From Psammoneis japonica (lineage: Eukaryota), in NCBI GenBank assembly GCA_008632985.1, contig QPGO01000006.1, positions 617,138 through 681,137 on the forward strand: 64,000 bases of DNA, read 5' to 3'. The notes beneath the pieces are model-generated. The model saw only the letters and a list, made by a program, of their open reading frames with translations, did no database searches and was not told where the DNA came from. The number at the start of each line of letters is the position of its first letter. The stretch's first letter is position 1. The position numbers and the translations under genes were made by a program. Shown here piece by piece: positions 49,150 to 62,300 of the stretch.

Positions 49150-52100
49150 TAGACCTGTGAGCTGTGAACATCATGGCATGGAGGAGCGAGAGACCAGTCA
49201 GGTCACCACTGGCATTCGCACACCTGGGATTTAGTGCCAAGAGTGGACAGTTTGCAAAATGCAGGACTGTGGACCTGCCATTGGTGAAGAAACATTCAGC
49301 AAAAGCTTGGGGCATCAAGTGAGCCATCATGCAAGGCTGAAGAGTGCAGCAGTGGAGCACAGATGAGCAGTGCCAGTTCAACAAACAAAGCTGATGACCA
49401 AGCTGAGCACAGTTGTGAACCTTTTTGTCACTCACCACACTCAGGAAAAAAGAAGAAGAATGAAGCCCTTGTGTTCCTGTTGCAACATTCCCTGCAATGC
49501 ACACCACAGAGAGCACTCTTTTCTCCAGCACTGGCTGGTGGTGGATCAAGTGTTGCAAAGAAGGCTGACATTTGGGGGGCTGCAAATTGTGCCTTGAATG
49601 ATTGCCAGGGGAGTGATGTTGGCACATTGTGTCACTCATCAAGTCATCAAATGCAGGGGCTCAAACTCATTTTTGCAAGACACAGTCACTCAAAATGAGA
49701 CTTGGTGAACACCCCAACAGGCATCAACAGGCATCAAGAAGAAAACAGCACCATGGCATCCCAAGTGAGGGCTTGAAACCCATTGTTGTGTTTGGTTGCA
49801 TTGGCAAAGCAACTGCATGTCATTTCATTGCTGTCACATCAAAGTCATGGCATGAAAACAAAAAGAGCAAATTAACTCATGAACACCATGCCCATCACCC
49901 AAGCACACCAACAGCCCTCCCAGCACCAATTGTGGTGCTGTCCCACACATGTGTGGTGTGTTGGCATTGGCAGGTGGCAGATGAGCATTCAGACCTTCAT
50001 TTTAGGGCCTGGAAAGTGACTTGCAAGTCAGGTGAAACACACCTGCTTCCACAATTTCCCACCATGTGTCTTTTGTGCCAGCCAGTTTTCCAAAATGAAG
50101 TTTGAATCTTTTTTCATCTGCTGTCTTTTCTGCACACACACACAGCTTTGAGTGCAACAGCATGGGGATGAGGAAACAAAGGGTGTTAAGAGCAGCACCA
50201 GCAACAACAGAGACATCACAACAATGGCAATGGCAACAGCATCTTCAGCAGCAACAACAAGATTTAATGACAGCACGTTTTGCTCTGGCTGCATTTTCCC
50301 TGCTGCTGAGTGCAGTCTCATTGCCCACAAGTGACATCAAAGAAAAGCACACATTTTTTGGTGCTGCCTTTTGCTGCATGTCAAGTGATGCATTGTTGTC
50401 AAAGGTGAGTCAAAAGCAGAGCTGCCAAAATTGACCAAAATGTTGTTGTTGAAAAAAAAACGCCCTTTCCACACCCACTGCCAGCAGGACCATTTGGAGA
50501 CATGTTGAGGTTGCACGATGTTGCAAATCATGCAATGCTGGTTTTTGCATTTGCTCATTTCTGCACCCCCAGCTCATCATTGGCAAACTGTCCAGAGTGC
50601 AGGAGAGTTGTGGCCAACCAGGCTTTTGTCACCTGCTGTTCATGATGTGGCGTGCTTTGCAGAGTGCCACATTCAGTCATGCATGCAGACTTGGCACCCC
50701 CATCATCAATGCACCACTGCTTTGACACAAGTGCTTTTGCTTTGAGAGTGCCCCTCTTGCTTGGCCTCTCATTCTCTTTTTGGGAATCAGCTGTGAGGGC
50801 AAAACCATGTCACTCCTCAAGCTTGCTGCATGTCCAACAGCAGCCCTCCTGCACTTGGCATCACTTCCAGTCATGAAAAATGGGGCAGGCCCCCACTTGG
50901 CACACAAAACACACACAACCTTCAAGCGCACAGCACATGTGGCACATTTCCACTCATCACAGAATCATGCAGACACAGTCTGCATTTTTTAAGTGTCAAC
51001 ATTGCATTTGTGGACACAGAACAAACACACTGAGAGCAAGGTGTGCAAAAGCACTCGTGATGATTTGCAGCTGTCAGTGTTTGACAAAAAAAGCACCAGG
51101 TGCAGTTTCGTTTTTTTGCATCTGCAGCCCCTTGTGAGCCACTGCAACTGCTGGCATCTCATTTCCTGCCTGGCAGCAACCAGGTCATGCCCAGAGAAAT
51201 GACATCCAGGGGCATTTTGTGAACATGTGTTTGAGTGCCTGAGATGAGGCTGCAGCACAAAAGACCAAAGCAACACTTCCCAAGAGAGAAAGGTGGGCTT
51301 CAACCATTGGCAGTCTGGCACAATCATTGCCTTTGCGTGTCAAAAAATGATGTGCACTTGGTTTCTTTAAAAACAATGGCATGCAAGGGAACATTGTGAA
51401 CATGCTGGGCATGACTCAGAGGAGGCCACCAGAGTGTGGCTTTGTTCATTCATTCTCACCAGCAACTCCAAGCCATGAGTGGGAAGGGGCACAGGGAAGG
51501 CCAAATGTGCAGCTGCTTTTTTGTCATTGTCAAGCAATGCAAGTAAAGAAAAAGCTGCCAGGCTACAAGGAAAAAGTTGAAAAATGGTGCTCATTGGAAA
51601 CAACACCCCCTGAAGCTGTCGGGCGCGTCAGCTTTTTGCTTTCCAATGCTGTTGCTGGCAAGAAAAAGGCTGAGCTCAACAAGGCCTTTTTTCTTTTTTT
51701 TTATGGCATCACACACAACAATCTCAACACTGTGCTCAGCTCAAATTTCCAAGACATTGAGTGTGCCCTCGGCAAAGCACCGGGCAGCCAGGGAGGGCAC
51801 AAGCACGGGAGCTGGAGCAGAGGGTGCCACTTCTTTTTGTGCAGCACACTGGCTACATTGACAGAGATTGAAGGCACAAAGGAGCCGGAGTGGAAAGTTG
51901 CAGCTGGTCCTGATGAGCAACAGAGACAGTGCTGTGCTCTGCCACAAAGACTGCGGTGAGAAGCGACATCTTCTTCAAGGCTCTTCAAATGAAGGGGGGG
52001 GAGATAGAGTGGGAACCCAGCTGGACTTGAGTTCGATCTGGTCAAGACACACGAGAGGATGGGGAGAAGATGCCATCGTTTGCGAAAGTGACCAGTGGGG

Positions 52101-52200
52101 CAAAGGGGCAACAATGAGGAAACTGCTGCCAGCAGCGATTGTTGTCAAATGCAGAGGGATCGGGGTCGAAACACGTTGGCTGTTGTTGGCTGGGTGACCC
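49150..52200. mobile_element. Degenerate TpA/CpG-depleted element (possible hAT-like remnant near 51650-51770)
   Basis: Composition. FFLFFYGITHNNLNTVLSSNFQDI weakly resembles hAT FFY...FN.V.S..F; family not secure. Confidence 0.45.
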
Positions 52201-52508
52201 GTAACCCGGATTCCGGGTTCGACCATGTAGGCAGGCCTCTCTATCTACCGTCATTGCACCACTGCTGTACCTTCAGAGTGCCCTCACGTGATGTGTTTCT
52301 GCACATAAACAACATAGCCCTAGGGTACACACATATAAAAAATCACGATAGATGTTGAATGTTGACGAGCGAACCCGTGCTTGACACGACAGTCGACACA
52401 TAGAGGCTGAAGGGTTAGGAAAGTTCGATTGAGTGAAGCACGAAGAAGCGAGACCTGAGACAACATTGCATTGAGACACAGTCACTCTGCGAAGCGCGAA
52501 GCCAAACT

Positions 52509-55463
52509 ATGGGCAACAACGCTTCACTCGAGAGCTTGTCGACGGAGGACGTTGCCAGAGCCGTGGCAGGACAGGGAAAAAACTTTGAGAAGTATGCAGA
52601 GTTGGTTCTCGATAATGGCATTAGTGGTGATATTCTGGTCGACATTGAAAACGAAGATTTGGCAGAGATATTCGATGAGTTGGACGTCAAGTCTAAGCTA
52701 CACCGCCGAGTCTTGACCAAGCTTCTCGAAAAGGCACGAGCTGTGAGTGTTTCGCCGGAGATTACTCCCGAGGGCGAAGCAAAGTACAAAACCGAAATTA
52801 CTCACTATCTTGAAGCCATTCCCCAGAAGGCCATGAGCGAAGACCCGGCTATTCTTTATGCTGGAGTGCATCTAATCGTTGACGAGAATAGTGTGGTCCC
52901 GATTGGTGCTCTTGCTCGACAGTCTGACGGATCGCTTGTCGCAGATAAAAGCTATATTGATAAACTCCAGTCCCCTTGTCCTGCGCTTGCCATCAATGAC
53001 AAGAATGAAACGTTGGTGACAAAGGTAGACACAGAAATGAGCGATGGTAGCTTGGAGTATAGAGGGGTTGTACTACACGACAAGAATAATGCGAGGATCG
53101 GAACTGTATGCGCTTATTACAAGAGAATGTCAGGAGGGGGTACAAGCTGTTCTGAAGAGTGCATTAACGCCAGTCTGGAGCTTTTGGCTGGTCTAGCCAA
53201 AATGGCTGAGGAATGCATGCAGGAGGGAAAATCTTTGAAGAAGAAAAGGGAGTCGATGATCGCTCAAGTAGAAGGCGAGCTTTTGGGGAAGGATCCAGCA
53301 GGTGAAATCCTGATTCCCGGGGTAGAAAGTGAAGACCTTCCACCAGTGACATCATCCGACGTAGCAGCATTGGTCTCTAGTCGCAAGCAGAAGGAAGGAG
53401 AGGAGTTTGATACGCAAAAGCTAAAGGTTGCTACGGAACATGTAGCAACGGAGGAACAGCGTGCTCATCTAGGCGCAAGCTTCTTTGAAGCATTCGATGC
53501 ACTCAAGTTGAATCGTCCTCCGGTTCCCGACCATGATCTGAAAAGATGTGCATCAGTTGAAGCCCTAGCGCTCCAGGACATCCAGGCTGATGACCCTGCG
53601 CTTGAAAACTTCAATCGATTGCTCAAAATGATTCAGCGCCTATTCAAGTGGTCTTATGTTCGCATTCAGATGGTGAGCCATTCTCGCGTTTATTACTTCT
53701 GCGAGGTGTTTGACGACGACGTTTCAACAAACTTCAAGGACTTTATCTGCAATGCTGGTGAAGCTCTTAGTTTCAATAAGGATGGTAGCACTTTGGTAGG
53801 AGTGATGCCACGAAAGTACGCGTTTATGTGCAACTACGTCGTTAACGCGTCGCAGGTCTTTGTGGTTCCAGATGTGGCCAACGACGTTGCATTTTCAGAA
53901 TACTACAAAGGTACACCTGTTCAAGCATATCTCGGAAACCCCATCCTCAACGAGCAAGGAATGGTCGTAGCGGCAGTTACAATGATTGATGAAAAGCCGC
54001 GGTATGATTTTACCAAAGCCCACGAAGTCCACTTGACGAATGTGACATCCATTATCGAACAAACCATTGAAAACTGGTCGTTACGACACAACATGAAGAA
54101 GCTTGAAGATGAGCGCCTATCCCTTACTAAACGCCTCTTGGTCACAAAGGTTGGTCCACCAGAAGAAGAGGCTGCCATTATCTTTACAGATGTTCAAGGA
54201 TCGACTTCACTCTGGGAGGCAAACGCAGAGGCGATGGAAGCTGCGCTCAAGATCCATGACACGATTATGCGACGCTGTATTGCTGAAAAGGATGGGTATG
54301 AAATCACTACGGAAGGCGACGCGTTCCAGATCGCGTTTCATAGTCCCGTTGATGCCATTGCGTTTGCGCTCATGGCTCAAATGGAACTTTACAACGCAGA
54401 ATGGCCTGCTGGGATTCTTGAACACCCCGACGCATGCGCCGTACCAAATCGTTCATTTCACGGTCTTCGAGTTCGAATGGGGATCCACTATGGTCCGGTT
54501 TTTACGACGGTACATACCGGGACGGGAAGGACTCGGTATATGGGCGAGACTGTCAAGATAACCAAAAGCACCGAAGGCATGTGCCACGGCGGACAGATTA
54601 TGGTAACAGAGGATGTTTGGCGTTCTGCATCTGGCATGAGGGAAGCCTTTGGAGTGGCTCCACAAGTCATTGATCTCGGAGTTCACGTCATGCTGACGGG
54701 AGGACAAATCACAGATGGGGTGATCGCCAAGCGTGTGTTCCAGTTGGTCCCTGGTCCTGTTGCTTATGACTACTTTGGGACGAGACGTGAGGAAGCGTTT
54801 ACGTCGGGCAATGCCGAGGCTAGCGTAAAACGAATGTCACTGGGCGCTTCTTCGAAGGGACGACGCTTCCCGCCGCCGATATCGAAGGGCCAGCTTTCCA
54901 AGTCCTTCCACGATGCTCACACAACTGACGGGAAAGCAACGTTTGTCTTTGTTTATCCAGTAGGATTAAAAGGTCTTAGCGGAGAGACGGAGTTAAATGT
55001 TCTGGCGACGCTAGGAAAGTCTGTGAGGTCAGCACTTAACGATTTTAATGGCTACGAATGCAAAGAAGAAAATGGCATGTTCTTCTGCACTTTCGCGACC
55101 GACTTTCCCGCGGTTCAGTTCGGTCTGTCGCTGCTGGACCATCTTGCTGGCCTCCCACAAAGTCCCAGCGTAGACTACAAGAGATTGGTGAAAGTTGGAG
55201 TTCATTCTGGCGAGTTTAGCTGCTGTGGGCCGCACGCTGTTACAGGCCGTGCCGATTACTTTGGTTGTGTCGTTAACCGAGCAGCACGTGTAGCCGGAGC
55301 AGCCGAAACGAACCAGGTTTGGCTCGGTACCGTGCCAGATGGTTCCGTTGCGATGGCTCCGGATCACTTCGGAGATCTGATCACAACTAAACTTGAGGGG
55401 GTCAGACTTCTAAAGGGAGTAACGGAGGAGATGGCATTGTTTTCTTGTTCTTGGACTTTGTGA
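52509..55463 (+). CDS. Soluble class III nucleotidyl (likely adenylyl) cyclase: SAM-like + GAF + two cyclase domains
   Basis: SAM-like DNGISGDIL...LDVKSKLHRRVL; GAF CNYVV...FVVPD...AYLGNPI; cyclase 1 FTDVQGSTSLWE, TEGDAF, GLRVRMGIH; cyclase 2 ECKE, VKVGVH, GRADYFGCVVNRAARV. Confidence 0.9.
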   Translation: MGNNASLESLSTEDVARAVAGQGKNFEKYAELVLDNGISGDILVDIENEDLAEIFDELDVKSKLHRRVLTKLLEKARAVSVSPEITPEGEAKYKTEITHYLEAIPQKAMSEDPAILYAGVHLIVDENSVVPIGALARQSDGSLVADKSYIDKLQSPCPALAINDKNETLVTKVDTEMSDGSLEYRGVVLHDKNNARIGTVCAYYKRMSGGGTSCSEECINASLELLAGLAKMAEECMQEGKSLKKKRESMIAQVEGELLGKDPAGEILIPGVESEDLPPVTSSDVAALVSSRKQKEGEEFDTQKLKVATEHVATEEQRAHLGASFFEAFDALKLNRPPVPDHDLKRCASVEALALQDIQADDPALENFNRLLKMIQRLFKWSYVRIQMVSHSRVYYFCEVFDDDVSTNFKDFICNAGEALSFNKDGSTLVGVMPRKYAFMCNYVVNASQVFVVPDVANDVAFSEYYKGTPVQAYLGNPILNEQGMVVAAVTMIDEKPRYDFTKAHEVHLTNVTSIIEQTIENWSLRHNMKKLEDERLSLTKRLLVTKVGPPEEEAAIIFTDVQGSTSLWEANAEAMEAALKIHDTIMRRCIAEKDGYEITTEGDAFQIAFHSPVDAIAFALMAQMELYNAEWPAGILEHPDACAVPNRSFHGLRVRMGIHYGPVFTTVHTGTGRTRYMGETVKITKSTEGMCHGGQIMVTEDVWRSASGMREAFGVAPQVIDLGVHVMLTGGQITDGVIAKRVFQLVPGPVAYDYFGTRREEAFTSGNAEASVKRMSLGASSKGRRFPPPISKGQLSKSFHDAHTTDGKATFVFVYPVGLKGLSGETELNVLATLGKSVRSALNDFNGYECKEENGMFFCTFATDFPAVQFGLSLLDHLAGLPQSPSVDYKRLVKVGVHSGEFSCCGPHAVTGRADYFGCVVNRAARVAGAAETNQVWLGTVPDGSVAMAPDHFGDLITTKLEGVRLLKGVTEEMALFSCSWTL

Positions 55464-55521
55464 CTGCATTGTGGGAGAGGGTGAAAGGGCAAAAAATCCA
55501 TCTTCGATTTTAGCAGCACGC

Positions 55522-57312
55522 CTATGCCTGTCGGCGTTGGAGGTTGACAAGTTTCTGAAAATTGGCTTCGCCCATAACTTCATATAGGTGCTGCATTTGC
55601 TCTTGTCTTGTCGAAACTTTGGCTTCGTGAACTGAATTGATTGCAACTTTGTATAGGGCGTGCAATGCTTTGCTTGTGTTGTCCTCCGATGAAGCAATGT
55701 CTACCGCCATTCGAAAGGACTCTGCGGCCATTTTCCACTGTTGCTGCATTGCGTGCGCACCTGCCAAACTGAACCGTGCTTGAAAATGGTTGGGATCCAG
55801 TTTAAGGGCGCTTCTGTAGTATTTTAGTTCCGTTTCATAATCTCCCTCACTAAGCACTCCCAAGTTGCAGTAGGCAAATGCCCTAGCTTTTGTCGAAAAT
55901 CCAGGAGTCTGAATTATCTTTTCATAACAATTTCGTTCACCTTCCGTGTCTAACAAGAGCACATATCAAACGGTCAAAAAAATCAAAGAGCGTGTCAGGG
56001 ACTTGCAAATGCTGAACTCACCTCCAAGATTCGCACACACGTGAGCGTACGCCATCACTGCGCTTTCGTCCCCATCATCCACCTCCAAGCAGAGACTTAA
56101 ACACTCCTTGGCCTTTTGATAGTCTTGTTGGTCGACGCATAAAACCCCAAGACTATAAGCTACTAATCCGTTGTATGGGTTGACGTGGCGCAAACAATGA
56201 TTTAACACATCCATGGCCTGTTCATTTTTCCCTTGTTTTTGCAAGACATTCGCCAAATGGGAGTAGGCGCCATCAAAATTAGGATTCAGCACTAGCGAGG
56301 CCGTGAGTGCTTCTTGCGCCTCCTTGTATTTTCCTTGCTCAGCCAATTCCGCTCCCAATCCAATCAACATGCGAACGTATTCCACCTTTTTCCTGTGCAT
56401 GCAAAAGCCACCAATAATATATCTGGTGCCACTCGTCACGGCATGTCCGCAATGTCTCACGCCCCCGGGTCGGACCGTGACATGACCTTGCTTCATTTCA
56501 ATCAAAGAGTCCTCGACTGGTTTACCATTCACCGTCAAGCCTTCAATCCACGTGCCACCGCCCTCGTAGTCTCCTCCCATTGCAATTGTAAAGCTAAGGC
56601 AACCGCTATCTGTGTGAATTTCTGTACGTTTTCCCGTTTCGGTTGTGTATTTGAAGAGATACGAACTGTCCACAACAAGGTCCTTGTCGGAGCAAAAGTC
56701 GGGAAACTGCTTGGCCAAGAGAGGAAATAGCCGCGTCTTTACCATTTCATTGAACCATTCGTGAACTTGTGGAACGTCCTTGATCCAGAATCCAGCCACA
56801 TTGTACTGACCAGACGGCAGCTTGGTCCATTCACCACCATGGTGTTGAGCAAAGTAGTCATTGGCAGCGCGAATCACGTGTTCACATTCCTGCGGTTCAA
56901 ACAATGGAGTTGCTTCTGTATCGTCCTCTCCTGCAGCACCCCTCGTGACAAAAATGGTGTTGCCCAGTTCTCCTTCGAAATCAGGTAACGTCCATTTTGA
57001 ATCTTTGCGACTGCAAACACCATAGGTATCCAACTCAACCTTTGGAGGACTCGTTATCGTACCGTCCTCTGGTGTCGTTTCTTGAGCAGACCAATAGGCA
57101 TCTCGTGCCGCTTGAACATTTTCCATATGACGTTCTTTTGCCCGATTCATGTATTTCTGCACCGTCTCGCGATCCATGGACTCGAGCCATTTGGGTTTGG
57201 CGTTTTGAGACGCGCCACCTCGCGTCTTCAAAAAGGGTCCATCTGACAAAATACTGCCATGGCCGGTTGTCAAGAGTAGTGGTCCGACCGCAAGCGCAAA
57301 CAATCTCGTCAT
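55522..57312 (-). CDS. Secreted/organellar 2OG-Fe(II) oxygenase with C-terminal TPR repeats; intron 56021-55950
   Basis: Signal peptide (MTRLFALAV...TRGG); HTDSG...YEGGGT...RHCG...GTRYI; TPR repeats. An in-frame GTGAGT...TTAG intron links ORFs 55966..57426 and 55522..55962. Confidence 0.85.
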
Positions 57313-57573
57313 GGTCCGGCCGTCAAAGTCCGATTGACGATTTTCGAATTTTTTTGTGATGCGATCTGGATCCGGGTTGTTCAAGTTAAGTCGCTCGCGA
57401 GACGCGCGCGGGCTCGACGAAACCAAGTCCGTACGGCGGACAGTTTATGTATGGCGGGAAAACACGAAAGTGAGTTCCATCATCATCATCCTCGCGGCCA
57501 TCCGCCATCCACCATCTGATTCCCGGACCCACCTGATCCTCTTCTTTAGATTGCTGTTTTCATTATTGTCATC

Positions 57574-58245
57574 ATGCCTCGTGGAAAGAACTATGTGAAC
57601 AATCATAAGGGCATGGCGTTGCAGGCGGGAAGCAAGTCGAGCAAAATGGTGGAATGCTTCTATGGAGCCGGATGTACACGAAAGGATTGCATTTACCGTC
57701 ATCCCAGCAGAAGCTCGTCTTCGACAAGCAATCAACAACCCAGCAGCAAGGAACCGTGTCACGCCTTCTTGGCAGGAATTTGTACCTTCACAGATGGAGG
57801 CTGTCGAAAACGGCATCCACCGAAAAAAGAAGCCGAAATGCTTATTGCCAAATATCAGAGAGTTTCGTGTCGATACGGAGACAAATGCGCAACGAGGGGT
57901 TGTCTGTATAGGCATCCTCAAGATGAGACTGAAGATGGAACAGAATATGATGATGTAGGATTTGCAGCACCGCCGGGAGGAACCACCAATATGGGAGTGC
58001 CGACTTACGCTTCTCCGATGATGAATTCCGGTGTAGTGCCGAATAGCGGTCATGTAGTGGCCCCCACTGCTGCAACATCATCTTTGTGGAGGCCAGCTCA
58101 GCCGGGTGTCTCTTCTTCTATATCTTCTGAATCATTCAGAGCACCGCAATCGTTCAATCCAATGCCCAGCACTGACAACAACAGCGGTGCTGCTGGTGGC
58201 TTGTCTGCGTCTGCAAAAGAGTGGACGCCGTCGTGGCAAACGTAG
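57574..58245 (+). CDS. CCCH zinc-finger RNA-binding protein with C-terminal PAM2-like motif
   Basis: Three fingers (CFYGAGCTRKDCIYRH, CHAFLAGICTFTDGGCRKRH, CRYGDKCATRGCLYRH). The C-terminal LSASAKEWTPS resembles PAM2 LxxxAxEFxP. Confidence 0.8.
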   Translation: MPRGKNYVNNHKGMALQAGSKSSKMVECFYGAGCTRKDCIYRHPSRSSSSTSNQQPSSKEPCHAFLAGICTFTDGGCRKRHPPKKEAEMLIAKYQRVSCRYGDKCATRGCLYRHPQDETEDGTEYDDVGFAAPPGGTTNMGVPTYASPMMNSGVVPNSGHVVAPTAATSSLWRPAQPGVSSSISSESFRAPQSFNPMPSTDNNSGAAGGLSASAKEWTPSWQT

Positions 58246-58749
58246 TGTGAGATTGCTTCAACACAAAAGGCGCGGATGGACACCGTTCTGAAAAATCGTT
58301 CTTTGTGGTTGTGGACAAAAACAAAGCGAAATGGCGAAAGGAAATTGCAGCATGTGAATAAGCTAATTTCCCCCCTACCTATTGAAACATTCGACTTTTT
58401 TTAAGAGACTTCTAAAATGGTAGGACACTGAAAGTTATCGCTACAGCAATGCACTGCGTAAGACAAGTGTGGACAGAGGATACCGACCGGCTGACGTCCT
58501 GCTGCATATGACAAGAAAGTCCACAGTACAACTGATTTGAGGCCGTCGATTGTCGTCAACACACTACGAACAAAAACTCTTCAGATTGTTTGCACCGTCA
58601 CCATGCACGACCAGGATGAGTGCCATTTTTTTATAATAAATAGAGGAGTTCCTCTGGGTCCAGAGTCACCCATTCTACCTGTCTTCGGGAACACCACACT
58701 TGTTTTAGGCAAACATCGAAAAGGCAACCACCGCAATCGCCCAAAGGAT

Positions 58750-61700
58750 GAAAGGGCCATGCCAACAGATGAGGAAACACACCCACTCACAGACGATGTG
58801 GTGGGTCGGTCGGACTCTCCCTGGGTGCCAAATCTGCGGCAATCTTTGATCCCACAATCTTGGCCAAGGAGTTGCAACTGAGGCAATCCAACACACCCAG
58901 CATGGGCATGATTTGTCTGTTTTGGGCATTGATGATTTCACCCAGCAGAGTGTCCCACATGATGCAATCATTGCACTTGTCATTGGTCAGGTCATTGCGC
59001 GACAATTTGTTGGTCTCTTCAACAGAGCCTTGGCCATGTTTGCAGCACTCTGATGGTGCAGAATCATTTGGCAGATGTGGAGGCCACCTTGCATGATGAA
59101 AAGTTCTTTGCCTCCTGCTGGGCATTGTTGGCGCCAACAAAAACAATTGCTTTGGGGCACCCAGCATTGGGGAGTTCAAAGCAGTCCAGGTCAAAAAGGC
59201 ACCACATGCCTTGTCAAAGGTTCCAGAAACACCACAGTCACACCCCTTGTTGAAGCATCTTAATCTGAAATGTTGTGAGGTACCTGGATGCATTGAAGAA
59301 AAGATGCTTAAACTTCAAACATGGCTTGCAGAGTGACTCTCTGTGAGAGTGGAGTTTCACCATCATTGACCTCTCACCATCATTTTTCATCTCACTCTTT
59401 GGAGTGAATCCCTTGGTTTGCATCATTTAATGTTTGGCATCAGCAGGTGCCTGTTGTTGTGCAAGTTTGCAGTTCACACATTGATGTCATTGGCAACCCC
59501 CACTGCAATTGCAGGTTGCCAATGCAAGTGTGTTGAGTGGCAAAGGAAGTGTGCCAGGACTTCTTTTTGGTGACACTGACTTGCCAACTCAACATTTGCT
59601 CCAAAGAGTCATCAGCACTTTGTTCAGAGCTTGCAAACAATGACCCACACACAGTTGATTGAATGCCTTCTCTGCACAATGAATGGCCGAGGAGGTGGCA
59701 ATCATGACAACCAAAAATTTCATCCTTCATCCCTGAACAGTGACACTTGCAATGTGCTGCTTGAGCAGATGCAAGTGGAGAATTGCGGAAACAGTGCAGT
59801 GCTCAGGTTGCTTTGACAAACCCCATTGTTGCCAAACCCACAAGGATGACAGGTTGCTTTTTGCATCATTGGCTGCAATGTTGAATGCAAAATCAATGAT
59901 TGAAAGACACACATCCTCATGTCCAACATTGATGGCATGTCAATGGTCAATGACACAATGCTTGAGTCATTTCATGAGTGTCTGCATGGATCAGCCAACA
60001 CACTCCATTCTTGTGATCAAACACACTGCACTCATCCAATGAAACGTCAAATGGATCACCACTGCTTTGGCCCTCTGGAGCAATTGGTTTGTGTTTAAAA
60101 ATGCAAGCGCAGGTGAAGAATCAGTGATTGTGTGAGCAACCATGGGACCAACATGGCAATTGCCACAAAAATCAATCAACAACAACAACCCATTGCACAG
60201 TTCACAATGCCTGCTCTGGGTGCATGATGAACATCACAGTGCAGCGGCTCTGACAAAGCAAACAAATGCTGCCATGACAGCAAAGAATTGGTTGACAGAC
60301 AAAACAGAGTGTCAAACAGCATCAAGAGGTTCCAGAGCCGACTGTGTCAGCAACAGCAGGCCAGTCCCCAACAGCAAATGTCTGCCTGTGATTGTGACAT
60401 TGTGTGCCAGCATTTGCTCATTTTCTCACATGGCCAGCATGCAGAACAAGCACAGCCTTTGGACCAAGTTGTGTGGATGGCAGACAGCTCTTGGCAGGTG
60501 AAGCATCATGCCACATCATCATCAATCACATGCAAAGGGTGTGCACCATTCCCTTTGCTGCCAACCACCTTGGCTCTCTCTTGGGCACTTTGTGCCCACC
60601 AACTCCTCTTTGACAGTCTTTTTGTGAATCCCCATTTGGTTCCAAAGACTTCAAATTCCTCTTTTCAGCAAGCCAACAAGCACTGCCTGTTTCCATTGAG
60701 ATGAACTCCCCCCAACAAAAAGCCTTGCTTCTTTCAGCAACTGCTGTTTGGAAGTCTGTCACTGAAGTGTGCTTGTTTAAAAGCCACTCAACACTTTCTG
60801 TGCCCCCTCTTCCATTTGGGAGGAGGCTCACAAAACAAGGAAGAGCACAACAGCATGTCTGGCTGCATTGTTTTGGTGTGCAAAGCTGTGCACCAATGAG
60901 TGTGACACTTGATCTTTTGGCAGATTGCAAAGCCAACAAAAAGCACAAGAGTTTTGCAGTCATGGGCTGTTTGTCATGGGCATGCACAAAGTTGAGCTGG
61001 CTGACTGACAAAGAAAATTGACACAGAAGAAAAATGCAGCAGATGCAGGAATCTGAGCTGTCAGATGCTTTGTGGGGATTGGCAGTTGATCAAATTTAAG
61101 TTGAAGGATTGTCCTCACCTGTTGGTCTGTCCCTTTTCCCATGGATTGGCTTTTTGCATCATGGCCACAAATCATCACTCTGTGTGGTTGAAGGGCTGCA
61201 ACCAACCTTCCGCCAGCGTGCATTTTGCTGTTGCTCAGCTGAAAAGGTTTTTTTGTCTGCATTTCTAAATGCTCAATTTGCACTGGCAAAGATTTCAGCA
61301 CACCACAATTTTGCCCCCCCCCCCCCCAAGAACGGGACCAAACTCATTTTCTTTTTCAATGAAATTGGCAAATTTTTTTGAAGCCCAGCAACTTGCATGA
61401 CAAGAAGGAAGCACAAATGCCTGGGGCACACTGACCGGGCATGGCATCCATCAAAAAGGACACAAGCCACAACTTGCTGTGTGGCGCAATTGTCAGGTTC
61501 TTTTGCAACATGAGCCTGGTCAACTGCAGCACCAGTTTCAGAGAAACAGCAACAAAGCACAACAGCAACTTGTGCCATTGCCAATGTCCAAACTCGCTGT
61601 GTTCAAAAATTGCAGCATGAAGATCACCAACAGATGCATGTGCTTGTCCCGCCATTGGCCCAATGTTCTTCACATTTTCTTTGTCAAAAGATCACAAAAA

Positions 61701-62300
61701 ATGGGCTGCATCAAATTGGTGAAATTCATTTCTTGTGTGCACTTTGAAAGTGCTTTGGCTGTTGAGGTGTTGCGCAGATCAAATGAAGTGCAACAGGTGC
61801 TGTGCTGTTTTTTGTCTTTTGTTGTTCTCATTCATTGCACACAATGCTTGTCAATGGCAACAAGACCTTCCATTTTTGTGTGTGTCCAGAATCTGATAAA
61901 AAGTTGTCAGCATGCATGCAATTTTCTGAGTGGTTGTGGATGTCCAGCCACAGGAATTTTAAAAAACCACCATCTTTGTGACAGCTGACCAACTCTTGCT
62001 GGCAATCACCATGTGCTGCTGTCCATCAACTGGCAACACCCCCTGACAATTGTTTTCAGTTGCACCAGTGCTTGGCAACAAACAAAATGGGTGCAAACGG
62101 GTGAGAAAATGGATGCAGGTGAGCACAATTGGGTGCAAATTGGGCACAACTGGGGTCACTGTAAAAAGCCAACAATGACCACACTCCACCAAAAAGCTTT
62201 GCAGGAGTGCTCAACAGTCAAATGTGTTGCTGGGTTAAAAGACATGTGTCATTGTCAAATGCCCTGCAGCTGTTGTGAGTTGTCTTCATTCAATGGCAAA
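58750..62300. mobile_element. Degenerate TpA/CpG-depleted repeat block, unassigned
   Basis: Composition only; contiguous with the Copia remnant. Confidence 0.45.

Noticed and set aside
48144..57312. The two 2OG-Fe(II) oxygenases as TET/JBP/AlkB-type DNA-modifying enzymes behind the hypermutation
   Set aside because: Motifs fit P4H-like families and both have N-terminal signal-like peptides; nothing links them to nuclear DNA.
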